Below are positions 49,302 through 63,027 of a DNA stretch of 64,000 nt, in pieces. The stretch comes from Lytechinus pictus (lineage: Eukaryota). The DNA lies in the NCBI RefSeq assembly GCF_037042905.1, contig NC_087246.1, forward strand, positions 6,698,001 to 6,762,000, in the 5' to 3' direction. Each line of letters begins with the position of its first letter. The first letter of the stretch is position 1. The notes under the pieces were generated by a model. It saw only the letters and a list, made by a program, of their open reading frames with translations, was not told the origin of the DNA and did not search any database. The translations under genes were made by a program, and so were the position numbers.

Positions 49302-49685
49302 GACACTGTTCTCATTATACTTTCTAAAACTGGTTTACTGGAAATTGGTTCAGGAAACCAGTTTGGAAGATCGCTTTGCTAACTTTCCCACTTGATCACA
49401 CGAAAGTGGTTTTCAAAACCACTTCACGAAAAGCGGTCTTGTTGCTATGGGAACACTCTAAGTGGGGTGACATGTTTATCGCGAAATTTGAAACCGAACG
49501 GTTGTGTCCTCAATTACGCTAAAACCAGTTTAATGAGGCAAAGCGATCTTCAAAACTACATAGCGAGGTGGCTTTCTGAACTGGTTTGGCAGATCGCTTC
49601 GACCATTTTTCATTACACGTTAAATTAATTTCCACTTAGCTAGTTTCCAGTAATCTAGTTTTAGGACAATAGTGAGAACAGTGTC
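49302..49685. mobile_element. MITE with 3-bp TSD (PIF/Harbinger-like)
   Basis: TIR GACACTGTTCTCA / TGAGAACAGTGTC; TAC on both flanks; CpG-richer interior. Confidence 0.78.
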
Positions 49686-52600
49686 TACTAGTATCAGGGA
49701 TCTTCTATCTAGCATAATCCAGCAATGTCCAAGTTAATCCATCCAAGTCATACCTAGTTCAGTTTACTCCAATATATGCTAATGACCAGAATGCTTTATG
49801 CCTTCAACACTGTCAGCTATTCAATTCAGTATTCCTCAGAATAATATTCAATAACTGTTCTTCAAATAGTAGAACAAGCTTACATACATGTATGTGGAAA
49901 AGCTGAACAAAGAAAACATTTATTTTTATTGAATTGAACAATTTGTAGTGAAATTGTATAGATTAATACCTATCTTTGAGTAGAGGAATGCTATAGAATA
50001 TGGCATATCCTTCTAAGTTTATAGAGTGAAGAAATATTCACATATATGACTACATTTGACAAGTGTTTTGTTTAAATCCAATGAAATTGTAACTTTTTGT
50101 GTTTTCCTGTCTCTATTCATGATATCATTATTGTAAAATCAAAGATTTTCAACACATTTGTTTCATTTGCATTATCTGAATGTTTTAAGGATTTTTTTTT
50201 ACCTTGGTTGTTCAACTTTCATAGTTGAACTTGATCTTTATAATGTTCAAAGTTGATTTTAATTTCAAAAGCTGTCTTTTAATCTTACAATTCAAACCAT
50301 TTGCACAAAATGAACTTATTTGTTATTTAAATCTCATTTACTGTCATACACATAAATGCTCTAAAATGTATGAAAAAATTAAGTCATGAAAACACTCAGT
50401 TTCTGACATAAACTGCACTGCAAATAATGTATTTAAAGGTCTGTAAAACTATTGAAACTCTCTGTTTATACTTTTGCTAGAACTTATCAAAAAGGTTTGA
50501 AAGTGTAGCCAATCAAATGAGTCACTTGTAAATGCTTTATTTCTGCGCTAACATTCACCTGAGTGCAAAAGTGCACCACAAAAAAGGCATAAAATGTGGT
50601 CTATATTCATTCATTAGACATACAAACCGGGTATTAGATGAGCGTGGATTCATATGCCCATGCTAGAGGGCTAGGAAGCAATGACTCTTAAGTTTGCACA
50701 CACAAGGACACCCATCATTTTTTTGGATACACTCTGATAATAATGTTATAAAAGAAGTTTACAGCCTAGCTTAATTCTGGACTGTGTAATTCTAAATGTT
50801 CTGATTTGCAACCAATATTTCTGCCATATATTCATATTGTTGACCTGTTTTATAAAACAAACAATGCATAGGTTTAACTTTGTGATGTTGATTGCTATGC
50901 AGGCACCTTAAGTAATGAGTAAAACTATTCAGCAAGCATTATGCTTGCTTCACACTTTATCAACACAAACACTCTTTTCTGATTATTTTTTTGATATTGT
51001 CAAATTGAGATGCTCAATAATAATTTGATTTTGATATGAGTTCAATCCGTATTCATGATATGGGCAGTTTTTTTATATAGTTATTTTGTTGATGCATCAA
51101 TGTAATTAGCTTATTTGTTTATAAATGACATATTGCTGTGTACTCTGGGAGTACCGGTATTTAGGACATAAATTCTTAGGTAATCCCTCGTCAAGTCATA
51201 TATGTCAACAAAATTTGTCTAATTATCTATTTCAAAATATAATCTTGTATAAAAAAAAATATGTTTGTACATGTTTACTTGGAAGTCTGCCCTGTTGCCC
51301 ATGATCATAAAATCACCACTTAGCTGGCAGAAGGGCAGTAGGTTACACATTAGGGTAATTTTCAATTTATATGCATCTGACAAAGGGCAGAATGGAAATT
51401 GACATACATGTACCTTAAAATCTCAATGAACATCTGCCTGTCAGGCAACAGCATAGATATTATAAGTATAGATTTATGAGTAAACAAAATTTAAAAATTT
51501 AACAATTATCAATATTTACATTATTTGAAGTCACAAAGTGCCATGGAAATACATGAAACAACCCAAAGTTGATCAATGTGTATATTAAAGTGTGATGATG
51601 CTCTTTCAAAAAGGTTTGACTGACTGTTAATGCTGTGCCTTTTCTATGATATTTTTAGAAAAAATATGTGTATTTTAGTTTTATTCTCTTTCTGTTCTAC
51701 ATTTTTAAAACTATTTTAAGTTCAAATATATGACAATATATATCATATTTACTAGCATGTATCGATTGTGTATACAAATCTATAGATTCAATCATTTCCT
51801 AGCAATCATGGTCGATTTAAATAGTATTCACCTTTTTCTTAATTAATTTATTCTCAAAGACTTTTAAATGTTTTAAATCAGGTTGACAAAATTCTTAGTC
51901 TGTACACATGACAAAACACAGTATGTATATTTTGTTTTTATGTCATTTTGTTCTTTCTGAAACAAATTAATAGTTTGTTTTTATTAAAAGATCAAATCTT
52001 CATTTTTTTTTATGTTTTCATTTATAATGTGTTTATTTCATACAACTTAAGATGCCATTGCTGTATATAGCACTGTTTGGTGCCTTTATTTATTACAGAA
52101 ATATGTGTGTACCATTAGTGTATAATCATTGAATACATATAAGAGGATATAAGATTATTTTATTTCATTATTAGGATGATGACAATCTTTGCCTTTGCAA
52201 AATGAACAAAGTGTGCTATGTATTTATATGAGATTTTTGGTTTATTGATTGAAATATATCGATCATGATGATTTAATTTGATAATCAAATTTTTAAGATA
52301 ATAATTGTGTATATCTGTACATTTTTATATGATAATATCATTTATTTAAAGACAATTGATGTAGAAATATTACATGATTATTTCACAAAAACTATGTTAT
52401 TTGTGGTTAGTCAATAAATCACAGTGTAGCATGTATAAAGACTTTGATTGACAACTATGTGATCAAAATTGATTGTGTGATATGATGTTGAATTTGAAAA
52501 CAGACATTCCCATGTGTTCATAGAGTAATAAATTGCCAGGAACAACAATACAAAGTATTCTTTTGTCAAAGAGTTTCGTATTTCACATAGAAGGTTTCCT

Positions 52601-53196
52601 GTGAACGAGGCTCTTGCCTTCACATGGGTGGTTTCTTGGTGTACTTTTTTTTCTCTGGCACAGCACATTCACCACTTGTGCTTTATTGTGGCTTTTTACA
52701 AATTTATGGTTGAGAGATTGAAAGGTGCATCAAGCTGCAGGCGCTTTTATTGTGCAATTATGATGTTTGTGCAGAAATTTGTTGGCAGTTTTCAATTCTT
52801 TTGAGTTATTGTGATGTTTGAAAATAACAAATACCAAGTGTTGATATCAACAATTACGATGCATGGCTGACTTAGGAATATATTACTTATCCCTTCACAA
52901 TATTGTATATTTCTGAAAAGATGGGCCCTTAATATTTCACCAACAACAAAACTCCAGAAATAGTACATCTTTTATAATTTTTTTCTTTTTATCTCTGTCC
53001 AATATTTTACTCCTTTTTATTTTCAAGAGTGGATTATTTTAAGTGGTATAAAATATAGTAATAATGATATTGACAGGATACAAAAAAATGAACTCCAGAA
53101 CAGGTCATCAACATTTTTTATAATCATCTCTTGAATAAAAATTTCCAAATCATTATGAAAATTAATTAATCAATTAGCAATGACAGTAGTTGTGGT

Positions 53197-53429
53197 CATA
53201 GGCGGCGGAAGCGGGGGGGACGTGTCCCCCCTAAATTTGAGGTGGGTGGGACGATCCCCCCCTAAATTTTTCGTTGATGACCTTCTTTTTTTTTTTTTCT
53301 TTTTTTTTTTTTGCTTGTCAAATTTTTTTGTCGGTCCCCCATAAAATTTTGGTTGATATATAATTTTTTTTTTGCTTGTCAAAAATATTTGGTGGTCCCC
53401 CCTAAATTGTTTGGCTTCCGCCGCCAATG
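53197..53429. mobile_element. hAT-type MITE
   Basis: TIR CATAGGCGGCGGAAGC / GCTTCCGCCGCCAATG; perfect 8-bp TSD GTTGTGGT at 53189-53196 and 53430-53437. Confidence 0.9.
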
Positions 53430-53851
53430 GTTGTGGTGGTTTTTGTGGTGGTGGTGATAGTGATGATGATGATGATGATGATGAAGATCGTCCTTTGATA
53501 ATGTTGGTAATAATACTGACTGAATCTGCACATGCTATAAAAAACAAACACAAAAAGGTAAGTTTCGCCCAAACCCAAACATCATAACTTCTTCACTTGG
53601 AGGTTTCTGGCAACACTGCCAGGTCAAAACGTTCCTACACTTACAGTTCTGACCAACCTCTGTGTTCAAACATAACTGATCTGTGAGGTCATGCAGAAAA
53701 TAGACATACATTATTGGCAAATTTGTCACTCTTTAAAAGTCTTAGAGTCATTTTGCTGAATTAAATTTCTCAAATGTATTTTATTGTGAATATTCAGGAT
53801 ATGTGATTTCTGACAATATGGATTTGTATGGGGCTCTGATTACATGTTTAA

Positions 53852-54381
53852 AGGTCAAGTCCACCCCAGCAAAATGTTGATTTGAATAAATAGAAAAAAA
53901 TCAAACTAGCATAATGCTGAAAATTTCATCAAAATTGGATGTAAAATAAGAAACGGTGATATGCACAACTCAGTGACATGCAAATGAGTCAGTCTATAAT
54001 GTCCATCACTCACTACTTCTTTTGTTTTTTATTGTTTGAATAATACAATATTTCATTTTTTACAGATTTGACCATAGGGACCGACTTTACTGAATCATAT
54101 AGTATTAAACAATGCTAATTCCACATGTTCAGGGAGGTTCACTTGACAATGAGGAGATAATTAGAATATTTCATATAATAAAATCCAAAAGAAATAGTGA
54201 GTGAATGACGTCATCACGTACCAACCAGGATGTGCATATAACTGTTTTGTAAAATTAAAGTGAAACTTTAAGATGTCATAACTTTCTTCTTTTACATCAA
54301 ATTTTGATGAAATTTTCAGTGCTGTGCTTGTTGGATTTTTCTTTTTTTATTCAAATCATTTTTTGTTGGGGTGGACTTGTC
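53852..54381. mobile_element. Kolobok/T2-type MITE
   Basis: TTAA|AGGTCAAGTCCACCCCA ... TGGGGTGGACTTGTC; interior is the reverse complement of 26664-27263. Confidence 0.8.
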
Positions 54382-55276
54382 GCACTTTCCAACGTTCAGC
54401 CCTCCTTAATGTGGAATTGCTTAATCCATCTAGATAAATTGGAAATTAGAAAAATATGAAAAAAGATCAACTATCAATCAATAAACACAAAGCAAGCTGA
54501 TTTGATATCGTTGTGGATGGAGTACACATTTACATACACGGCAAAGAATGTTTAGATTCACTAAATAACGTTCTATGAACTTTGAGGTGACATGCAGTTT
54601 TGCTAAATGTTTACTCATTTTTCTGTACTTCATTTTTACACATAATTTACTCATTAAGTGTAGAGTTCTATTACATTATTTTACTCAAAACCTCTTTGCT
54701 ATTATATGCTTCATGTCATTTCAATTCATTGCAAATTTCCTTTATATTTTGCAACTTGCAATTTTTGTAACAGGCTATAATTTTTTCTCTAATTACACTA
54801 TGTTTTTACAATAATAATATAATAGCAATAAGGGTGTTATTTCAAAAAGTGTAAATACCATCTGAAGATGCTCATGGCGCTAGGGCCCACAAAAGTTTCA
54901 ACAATTTTTATATCAAAATTTATTATGAATTATCTACATGATCTATGATAATTGGCAATATCCCTTCAGATAAATATTCATCATTGTATAATCATCAAGT
55001 TACATTGTTTTAATGTCATGACTGGTAATTTTTTTATTCTCAGATAATTTTTCATATTCATTGTACTGCCTATTTTTTTATTAGTGTAGGCTCTAGTCTA
55101 CTACATGAAATAGATAAGGTAATTTTTTTTAAATGTTATGAAATTGAAATGTTTAATCAATTTGATAAGGCACATCCACGAGAGGTTGTGTAAAAAGAGA
55201 ACCAATGGCTCAGAGAGAAAAACAAGGAATTCATGAAAACCGTTCAAGAAAGCAGGAACTAAAAAAAAGATATATA

Positions 55277-56095
55277 CAGTGCGTCCCACAAAAAACGAAA
55301 CCGAGATTTATCGATGATTTATCATAACTTAATCGCAAATACAATAGACAAATGACCTACCATTTTAAAGCTTAGAATCTCCCCTTTCATCTGAAATTAC
55401 TTAGATTATTTCTCATTCACGCATGAGTGAGCAAAAACAATTTGAAAAGGGGGTACCAAAAAGTCACTTGGCGGGCCGTATCTGGGTTTTAAAAAGAAAA
55501 CCACATTTTTAAAAAGTTAAATATCTGCTCTTTAATTTGATACCTCAATTACAGAAAATGGTCAAGAAATAACAAAGTTCTGGTTATTTGAAATAAGGCT
55601 TGAATTTCAATAATTTCATAAAATGAAGAGGTTTTACAGGCTAGCGTTCAAACTCACTCGACACTCCGTTTTGTTGACGCTCAGCCATGCATTTAGTCTT
55701 TTGTTACCGTGCGATAGCTTCAGTGGGAAACCGGTGAAAACACGTTTATTCAATGAAATTATGGAAATACAAGCATTGTTTCGAGGGATCATAACTTTTT
55801 TACTACTTGACCATTTTCTGTGATTTAGGTATCAAAGAAAAGAGAAGATATTGAACTTTTTAGTCATGTGATTTTCTTTTTGAAATTCAGATACCCCCCG
55901 CCAAGTGAGTTTTTGGCATCCTTTCTTCGAATTGTTTTTGCTCAATCATGCGTGAATGAGGAATAATCTAAGTTATACCAGATGAAAGAGGAGATTCTAA
56001 GCTTTACATTGGTAGGTCATTTGTCTATTTTATTTATGATTAAGTTATGATAAATCATCGCTAACTCTCGGTTTCGTTTTTTCTGGGACGCACTG
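55277..56095. mobile_element. Tc1/mariner-type MITE with long TIRs and TA TSD
   Basis: TA|CAGTGCGTCCCA...TGGGACGCACTG|TA; inverted arms extend about 300 bp. Confidence 0.9.
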
Positions 56096-56136
56096 TATAT
56101 ATATATATATATTATGTACAGTTATCAAACAAACCT

Positions 56137-56262
56137 GGGTCCCGTAACACAGAGGTTGGTGATTGATCGTATGCTTGATTTTTACGATTGATCTTACATT
56201 GTAGTCAATGGAATCAATCGTAGAAAAATGCTTTAGGATCATTGCTAAGCTTTGTGGGCCCC
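56137..56262. mobile_element. Short GGG..CCC-ended MITE; similar small elements near 4592-4711, 46374-46523 and 46749-46898
   Basis: GGGTCCCGTAACACAGAG ... CTTTGTGGGCCC imperfect termini. Confidence 0.5.
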
Positions 56263-56437
56263 TGATCTGACGAGGACACGGGTGATTTCCCCTGAACGTG
56301 AAGAGTGAGCTTTGAAGTATAAAGAAGGCAACTTGTGTTAATGCTTGTAATGAAAAAAAAATTCTTAAGTGAGAAATACAGCCACTTCGGTAGGCCTATA
56401 TATTTTTGTCAAACTGGGTATGCAAAGTATGGTTTAA

Positions 56438-56920
56438 AGGGGAAGATCATCCATGCAATACGTTGTTTTTAATTAAATGAGAACAAATAATGAACTAATA
56501 TTGATGACGGTTTCATGAAATTCCGTCGAAGAATAACGGAATTATGAAGTTTTAAATGTTTATTTTGTGACGTCACAGACGAGCAACTCCTCCATTATAA
56601 TGTGTGATATAAATATCAAAATATTCAATTTTCCATAAAAATAAATGACACTATTTCTGCGGTTTATACATCATCAAACATATCACTTTATACCCTTTCT
56701 ATAAAAAGGTATTCATCATGTTCCATTTAAATATCTGGAATTTATGGAATTTATATTACATGATGAGGAGGTGCTCGCATAATGACATCACAAATAAAAT
56801 GGTTGCAAAATTCTCAATTCTCTTATTCATTGATCGATTATCATCAAACATTCACCAATATTTTATCTAATATTTGTGATATTATTAAAACCAACATAAT
56901 TGTCAGGGTAAGTTCACCTT
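56438..56920. mobile_element. Old Kolobok/T2-type MITE
   Basis: TTAA|AGGGGAAGATCA ... TAAGTTCACCTT; internal TGACGTCA/TGACATCA layout shared with the other TTAA elements. Confidence 0.55.
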
Positions 56921-57228
56921 TTATAGAAAAACTCTACATGACAGACAGATATTTCGACACAGAAATATTTTGGGGTTGGGAGTGATCGCGTAAATTTTCT
57001 TTCCGGAATTATTCTCATTGAAAATCACTTCAAAATCATTTTGAAAGTTTAAAGGCAATGACAGTGGAATCATGCAGCTTGGAGAATATGCCATTTTAAA
57101 CACAGTTTGAATAATGTGCTCGCATAGGCAGATTACGAGGAATTTTTTTTTCTTCTGATAAAAAGGTATTAAATATCGATTCAATAAAGTTTGCATTTTT
57201 TGTTTAACGAAACGTCAGATATAATTGT

Positions 57229-57280
57229 GATGATGAGGAGGAGGAAGAGGATATAATGATGATGATAATGACGATGATGA

Positions 57281-57347
<67 letters not shown>

Positions 57348-57436
57348 GATGATGACGATTATGATGATTTTGATGATGATGATGATGATGATGATGACGA
57401 TGATGATGATGATTTTGATGATGACGATGATGATGA

Positions 57437-57476
<40 letters not shown>

Positions 57477-57505
57477 GATAAAAGTGGTGATGATGATGAT
57501 GATTG
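57229..57505. repeat. (GAT)n microsatellite with periodic TTT/GAC interruptions
   Basis: Direct reading; source of the poly-M and poly-I ORFs. Confidence 0.95.
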
Positions 57506-57994
57506 ACAGCAATTGTTATGATGTCATAAACTTCTAAAGGTAACCATTTGCATGCCTTTGTGGAGTATGAGATGCAAGTAAGACCCTATCATGTACAAAT
57601 AAATATAGGTCGTTTCAAAATGATCGGACCTGCCTAAATCGGTCATAAATTATTGAAGATTCTTCTTCTATAATTTCATTTTAAAATTGAGCAGGGCAAA
57701 TGTAGGGCATTGGAATTAAAATTAAACGAAGAAATTGCAATAAGATATGTTGGGACCAGGATTGTGACTTTCTTATATACGGTCGGATCAGGGAGAAAAG
57801 AATAACAACTAAATGAATAAGATGGAAGTGTGGACGACTTCCCCGAAAATATGTGAGAAAGGGAAGTTCAAGCATGCAGACAAAATGTTAGTTCTTGCAA
57901 TGAAATGATATATTCTAATACTTAATTATTTTTTTCTTCGCATTACTGAAATACACAATGTACAAATAGTTCAGACGCATTCATAATCTTCATA

Positions 57995-58214
57995 CACAGT
58001 AAAAACGCTGTTTAAAGATTTTATACAACGCCGTTTACTTTATGAACCTTACAGTATTTGTTTAACCGTTTAAACAATCATGTTTAATTTATTCTAAATT
58101 AGATAATGAAAATCAAACTTTGTTTCTTAAGATTTAAACACTTGTTTAAACTGTTAAAACAATTACTGTAAGGTTCATATAGTAAACAGCGTTGTATAAT
58201 TTTTTTTTATTGTG
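57995..58214. mobile_element. Foldback MITE with CAC..GTG termini and TA flanks
   Basis: TA|CACAGTAAAAA ... TTTTTATTGTG|TA; arms TATGAACCTTACAGTA / TACTGTAAGGTTCATA. Confidence 0.75.
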
Positions 58215-58699
58215 TAACAGGGAGATAATTTTTAAATTCAAGTAAACATTTGAATTATTAGACATTAATCTAATTATCACTGACGATTTGGTAAAATTTG
58301 ATTCTATGAATCCATAATTTTTAAATCAATAATACAATAAACACGATCAGACAATGAAAAAATAATAATAAAAAGAAAGAACTCTATTTATCCAGGGGAG
58401 AAAAGGGGCATTCCTCCTTTAAAAAAAAGAGAGAAAGAAATGAAACTATATGCATGTACATGATTGTTGTTACGTTTGTTACGTTTTCAAGCTTTGCTTT
58501 TGTGACGACCCTTGCAACCATCCTATTTTTTATTGTGAAACAGAAAATACCACTTAATGATTTTCATTTATGTAAGATATATTTGATGATTTATATACAA
58601 AACTATTGTTCATTATCTTGATGTCAAGTTTCAGATATGTATTTTCTTGTCCAGAATTTTGTTATGAAAAATGTTGCAAAAACCAATAAATGAAATGAA

Positions 58700-59190
58700 A
58701 TGAATGATTATGTTCCCTTGCGAGCTTTTTAATATACTGACTTGCAATAAGGCGTATAATAAGGACTGTTTGCAGTAAGTTAATATTTGATGTAGTAATC
58801 CCTTTGGCAGCTCATACAGAAGCTATACCGGGATAACTCATGAATAGAATACATATCTTACCAATCGAATTATGCGAGCAAAAAGATATTCTAAGCACTT
58901 TTTTTTTATAACCCGAAACTTGATTGCTATATTATAATTGAACAATTTCGATTTTCGGGGCTGAAAACTGGAAAATCTAAGCACTTTTGTAATCATGAAC
59001 AATAATTATGCATGATATGTGTATCTAACCAAAAGATTTACGCGAGCACGTATATAGTGGGAGTTTTTTTTTATTTTAGTTTTTTTATTTAGCACCTTTT
59101 GGTAATCATGAACATGATTCGCATCTCGCTAAATGAAAATAATAACGAGTTTTTCGTAACCACCACGCAGACGCTTTCTAGAACGTAAAA
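58700..59190 (-). repeat. Decayed inverted copy of the internal tandem units of the 61250-63027 element
   Basis: CTAAGCACTTTTGTAATCATGAACA (~58977) approximates the reverse complement of TGTTCATGATTACAAAAAGTACTGAG (~62447); recurring GCGAGC. Confidence 0.6.
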
Positions 59191-60156
59191 GATCTATTGT
59201 CAAATGCCCTTCATGACAAACTAGTCTTTGTCGAAAATCGGTATATGAAATCATCATTGTAGTATTTTGGACGAGATTACCTTTCTTTTGGGGTGATAAC
59301 CTTTTTTTTTTTTTTTTTTTTTTTTTTGCTTGTCAAATTTATTTTGTTTATTTTGGTCGAAACGACCTTACATTTTGAGTGATAACCTTTTTTTTTTTGC
59401 TTGTCAAATTTTCGAGCCCCTAACTTTGGGGGGAGATTTCCGCCCTTGATTGTAGTCCTGGACAAATGACGTATTTGCAATTTTTCGTCACCTCCAATCT
59501 CGGGATGATCTGCTGTCCCGGTTCACCAATTATCGACAAAAACCTCTGCGCTGTTCATTGTGATTTTATTTGCATTTTAATAGATTTACTGTGTTATAGA
59601 ATCCGTCCCCGTTGCAATTGCGAGGACTTCCTAATGAAAACTCGAATCGTGAGCAGAATAATTTTTGCATATTGATTTTAAAATGGGATATTTTAAGCTT
59701 CGTGTTTTTTCCCCCTTCTCTTGAACAGATTAGTATTTTATTCATCAGGCAATGCAAGTTAAAAGGGCGAGGTGAATATTTTTCATTTTATTTTTTAGTT
59801 TAAATGATCTAAATTTTCTTTCTATTTTGTAGTTATTCCCCTTCCTTTGATCCTTTTCCTCTTATTTTATTTTTTGTGGGGGGGGGGGGACCACAAATGC
59901 GGGCGGCTGTTTCAGCCCCCTGGATCCGTCTATGGATAAGGTTTGTTCAATGTGACAATGGATTTAGTAGACAGTGTGACTGCGATGGCTGTTGGCCATG
60001 CATGTAATTGTTTACTCATTCATGTCATGGGGCAAAACTACTTACAATTATTTAAAAATTCATTACTATTTTTTTATTTTATTGAGTGAATGATAGTTTG
60101 GTGGACTCTTTCTGGACTCTTTATGTGGAAATTTTTGATAGTTTCAAATGAGAAAA

Positions 60157-60241
60157 TTATTATTAGTATTATTATTGTTGTTGTTGTTATTATAATTATT
60201 ATTAGTAGTAGTAGTTATTATTATTATTATTGTTATTATTT
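60157..60241. repeat. Imperfect (TTA/TTG/GTA)n microsatellite
   Basis: Direct reading. Confidence 0.9.
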
Positions 60242-60559
60242 TGGGGATTTCCCTCCTGATGTCAGCTCATGCCATTAATTAACCTGGTTTAATATTACTA
60301 AATGAATAACCCTATCTCATGGATTTCCTTATATCAGTATCGGGGAGGGGTGTGAATGTAGTTGTCTGTATTATACAAGTGTGTGTTCTAGTGGTGTAAA
60401 TCCGGTCCGAGGGGGGGGGGGCGTATCATAGCACTAATGCTATTAACTTATGTATGTATGTGTAGGCATAATAATATATGCAGCAGATTAGCTTTGCATC
60501 CCTCTCCCTATCTCTATTTTTCTTTCAATATTCTAGGCAGTTGTGATGTCATCGTACTA

Positions 60560-61000
60560 TTGTCCGTGCACCCTCATGTACCTGTGTTGTGTTGTGTCGT
60601 GTTATTGTCTTTTGTCTCTGAATTTCACAATCCTGTATATAAGATTTTTTTTGCCTCTTTCGTTATCTGCATGTATTCCTTTACGTATATTTCAATATTT
60701 TTTCTATCCTAACTTTTTGAGGGGTTCACATTTTACAAGCTTTGCTTTTCAGTGGACCCCTCCATTCTTCTCATGATATATGATTATATTGATTTAATTA
60801 TATTGAATTATATTGATTATATTGATTTAAATTTGACATGCATGTTAATTTATATTTGAATCACTTATTGAATATGTATATTATTTATTCAATGTTGAAT
60901 TTTGTTCATGCTTTTATTTGAATTGAATTGATTTATCATGTAATTATTTGTATTATGTTGAAGAATGAAAATAAATTGAATTGAATTAAATTGAATTGAA
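60560..61000 (+). mobile_element. LINE 3' UTR remnant ending in (AATTG)n
   Basis: Hairpin GAGGGGTTCAC..TTACAAGCTTTGCTTTT..GTGGACCCCTC, then AATAAA and TTGAA repeats; related remnant at ~58485-58705. Confidence 0.5.
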
Positions 61001-61249
61001 CTTGGAATGCACCCAACATCAAGTGTCATAGGTGATTACCGATTCGTGGCTCGTGTTTTCATGGTTTTGTTGCAAAACAATCTACTACTATTTCGAATGA
61101 TTAATAGACCACCACAGACCACATTACACTCCGAAATAGCACATCGATGTAAATCAAATGTAAAATATTACAGAAAGGCAATATTTCGAATTTCAAATAA
61201 TCTTTAAGATGATGCAGAATTCAGAATTGTAAAAAAATTGTTATTCAGA

Positions 61250-62831
61250 CATGGACCTGGGAAGCGGGGGTGCAGGGGGTGCTGCGTGTATTATTTTCCA
61301 TAGGCAGCACCCCCACGAAATCAGGTTCCCCTGTATTTGTTTTTATAGCTATGTTATTATGTACGTAATTATCACATCCGGCAATCACAAAGCATGTACT
61401 ACTGTCTTTCACATATTCCACTAACATATATCCCTCCTAACATGCTTAACGCGACTCAATCAAGCTTCGGCACTTCGATACAGACGTGGTCGCGCGCTAT
61501 ACGTGATAACCATATACATACTACTCGATAGCAGGGAGGGACATGGGTGTGGGTGGATTTGAAACTTCCAGATTTTATGTCGAACCAAGTGACCGCCCCG
61601 TGTTTTGTATAAACAAGTACAAGTCAGACAACAGAAATCAAATTTTCAGTCTTTTTCGCACTGCCCCATGGCCCTGGGAAGCGGTGGTGCTGGGGTGCTG
61701 AAGCACCCGAAAATTTTCCTTGGGGTGCTGCGTGTGTTATTTTCCATAGGCAGCACCTCCTGGAAATCTGGTAGGAATGATAAATGACAGAAATGTAATG
61801 AATATGAACAACGTTTTGCCGGAACCCCCCCCCCCCCCCACTTCAGAATTTTCAGACACGGTATTTGAAATAGTGTTTAAATTCACCCTTTTTCAGATCG
61901 GAATATCAAATATTTTCTGCTCGCGCTTCGCGCTCACATTATTGATTTTATAAAAAAAATGTATTTAGAATGACCAGATATACTAGATCTAAACACGCGC
62001 ACGCATGTTTATTCAGAGACGCAGCTTGTTTTGGGGGGTACTGAAAATATATCAAATACAATTATCAATACATTTTTTTCAAAATAAACAAATTTTATCA
62101 AAATCAGCCGATAACAAACAGTTAAGTTATTTGATTTTGAAGTTTAGCAATATTTTGTGAAAATGGTGATATGCACGTCGTCACGAATATTTAATAGGTG
62201 GGTTGATGATGTCACATCCCCACTATCCTTTTTCTTATGTTATTACATGGAATCAAAATTGCTTCATTTTTTTAATCTCATTTTTATTTCTGCTCGCACT
62301 TCGCGCTCGCATCAATAATTGTATAGTAATAAAACTATTCTGTTCATGATAAGAAAAGTGCTTAGAATGTCTCGTTTTTAGGTCTGAAATCTCAATTTTG
62401 TTTCCGCTCGCGCTCGCATCAATTATATAACATTATATACCTATCCTGTTCATGATTACAAAAAGTACTGAGAATGTTCAGTATTTAGGTCGGAATGTCA
62501 AATTGTTCAGCTCGCGCTTCGCGCTCGCATTATTTGATTGTTGATATATGTATCGTCTACATGGGTAACTGCAAACAGTCCTTATAACAAGTTCCTTTCG
62601 ATCCGGCCAGAGCGTGTATTAAAAATATCTGCTTGCGCTGATCGCGCTCGCAGTTATTATTTGTTACATACGCATCTTGTTCAGGACCACAAACATTGCT
62701 CAAAATGTTCAATTTTCAGGACAAAATACATGAAATTTCAACAACAAAAATAGTTCGCGCTTCGCGCTCGAATTATCTAATATATATCTATGTTCTTTTC
62801 TGAGAAAAAAAGGTAAGAAGTGACAGTCATA

Positions 62832-62899
<68 letters not shown>

Positions 62900-63027
62900 T
62901 GGTGTGTGTGAGGGTGTGTGGGGGAGGGTGTGTGTGTATAAAAGAACAATGGAAAACTCAATTGTGCCTTCCACCTTTGAGGAGAGATTTCAGCACCCCC
63001 ACTGAAAAAATCGTTCCCAGGTCCCTG
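61250..63027. mobile_element. 1.8-kb non-autonomous hAT-type element with internal GCTCGCGCTTCGCGCTCGC repeats
   Basis: TIR CATGGACCTGGGAA / TTCCCAGGTCCCTG; perfect 8-bp TSD TATTCAGA at 61242-61249 and 63028-63035. Confidence 0.88.
62835..62938. repeat. Compound (TA)n(TG)n microsatellite inside the hAT element
   Basis: Direct reading. Confidence 0.95.

Noticed and set aside
53170..53587. 127-aa and 71-aa low-complexity ORFs
   Set aside because: They run through a hAT MITE, poly-T and a (GAT)n tract
57204..57537. Poly-Met and poly-Ile ORFs (also 25423-25632)
   Set aside because: Translations of (GAT)n microsatellites
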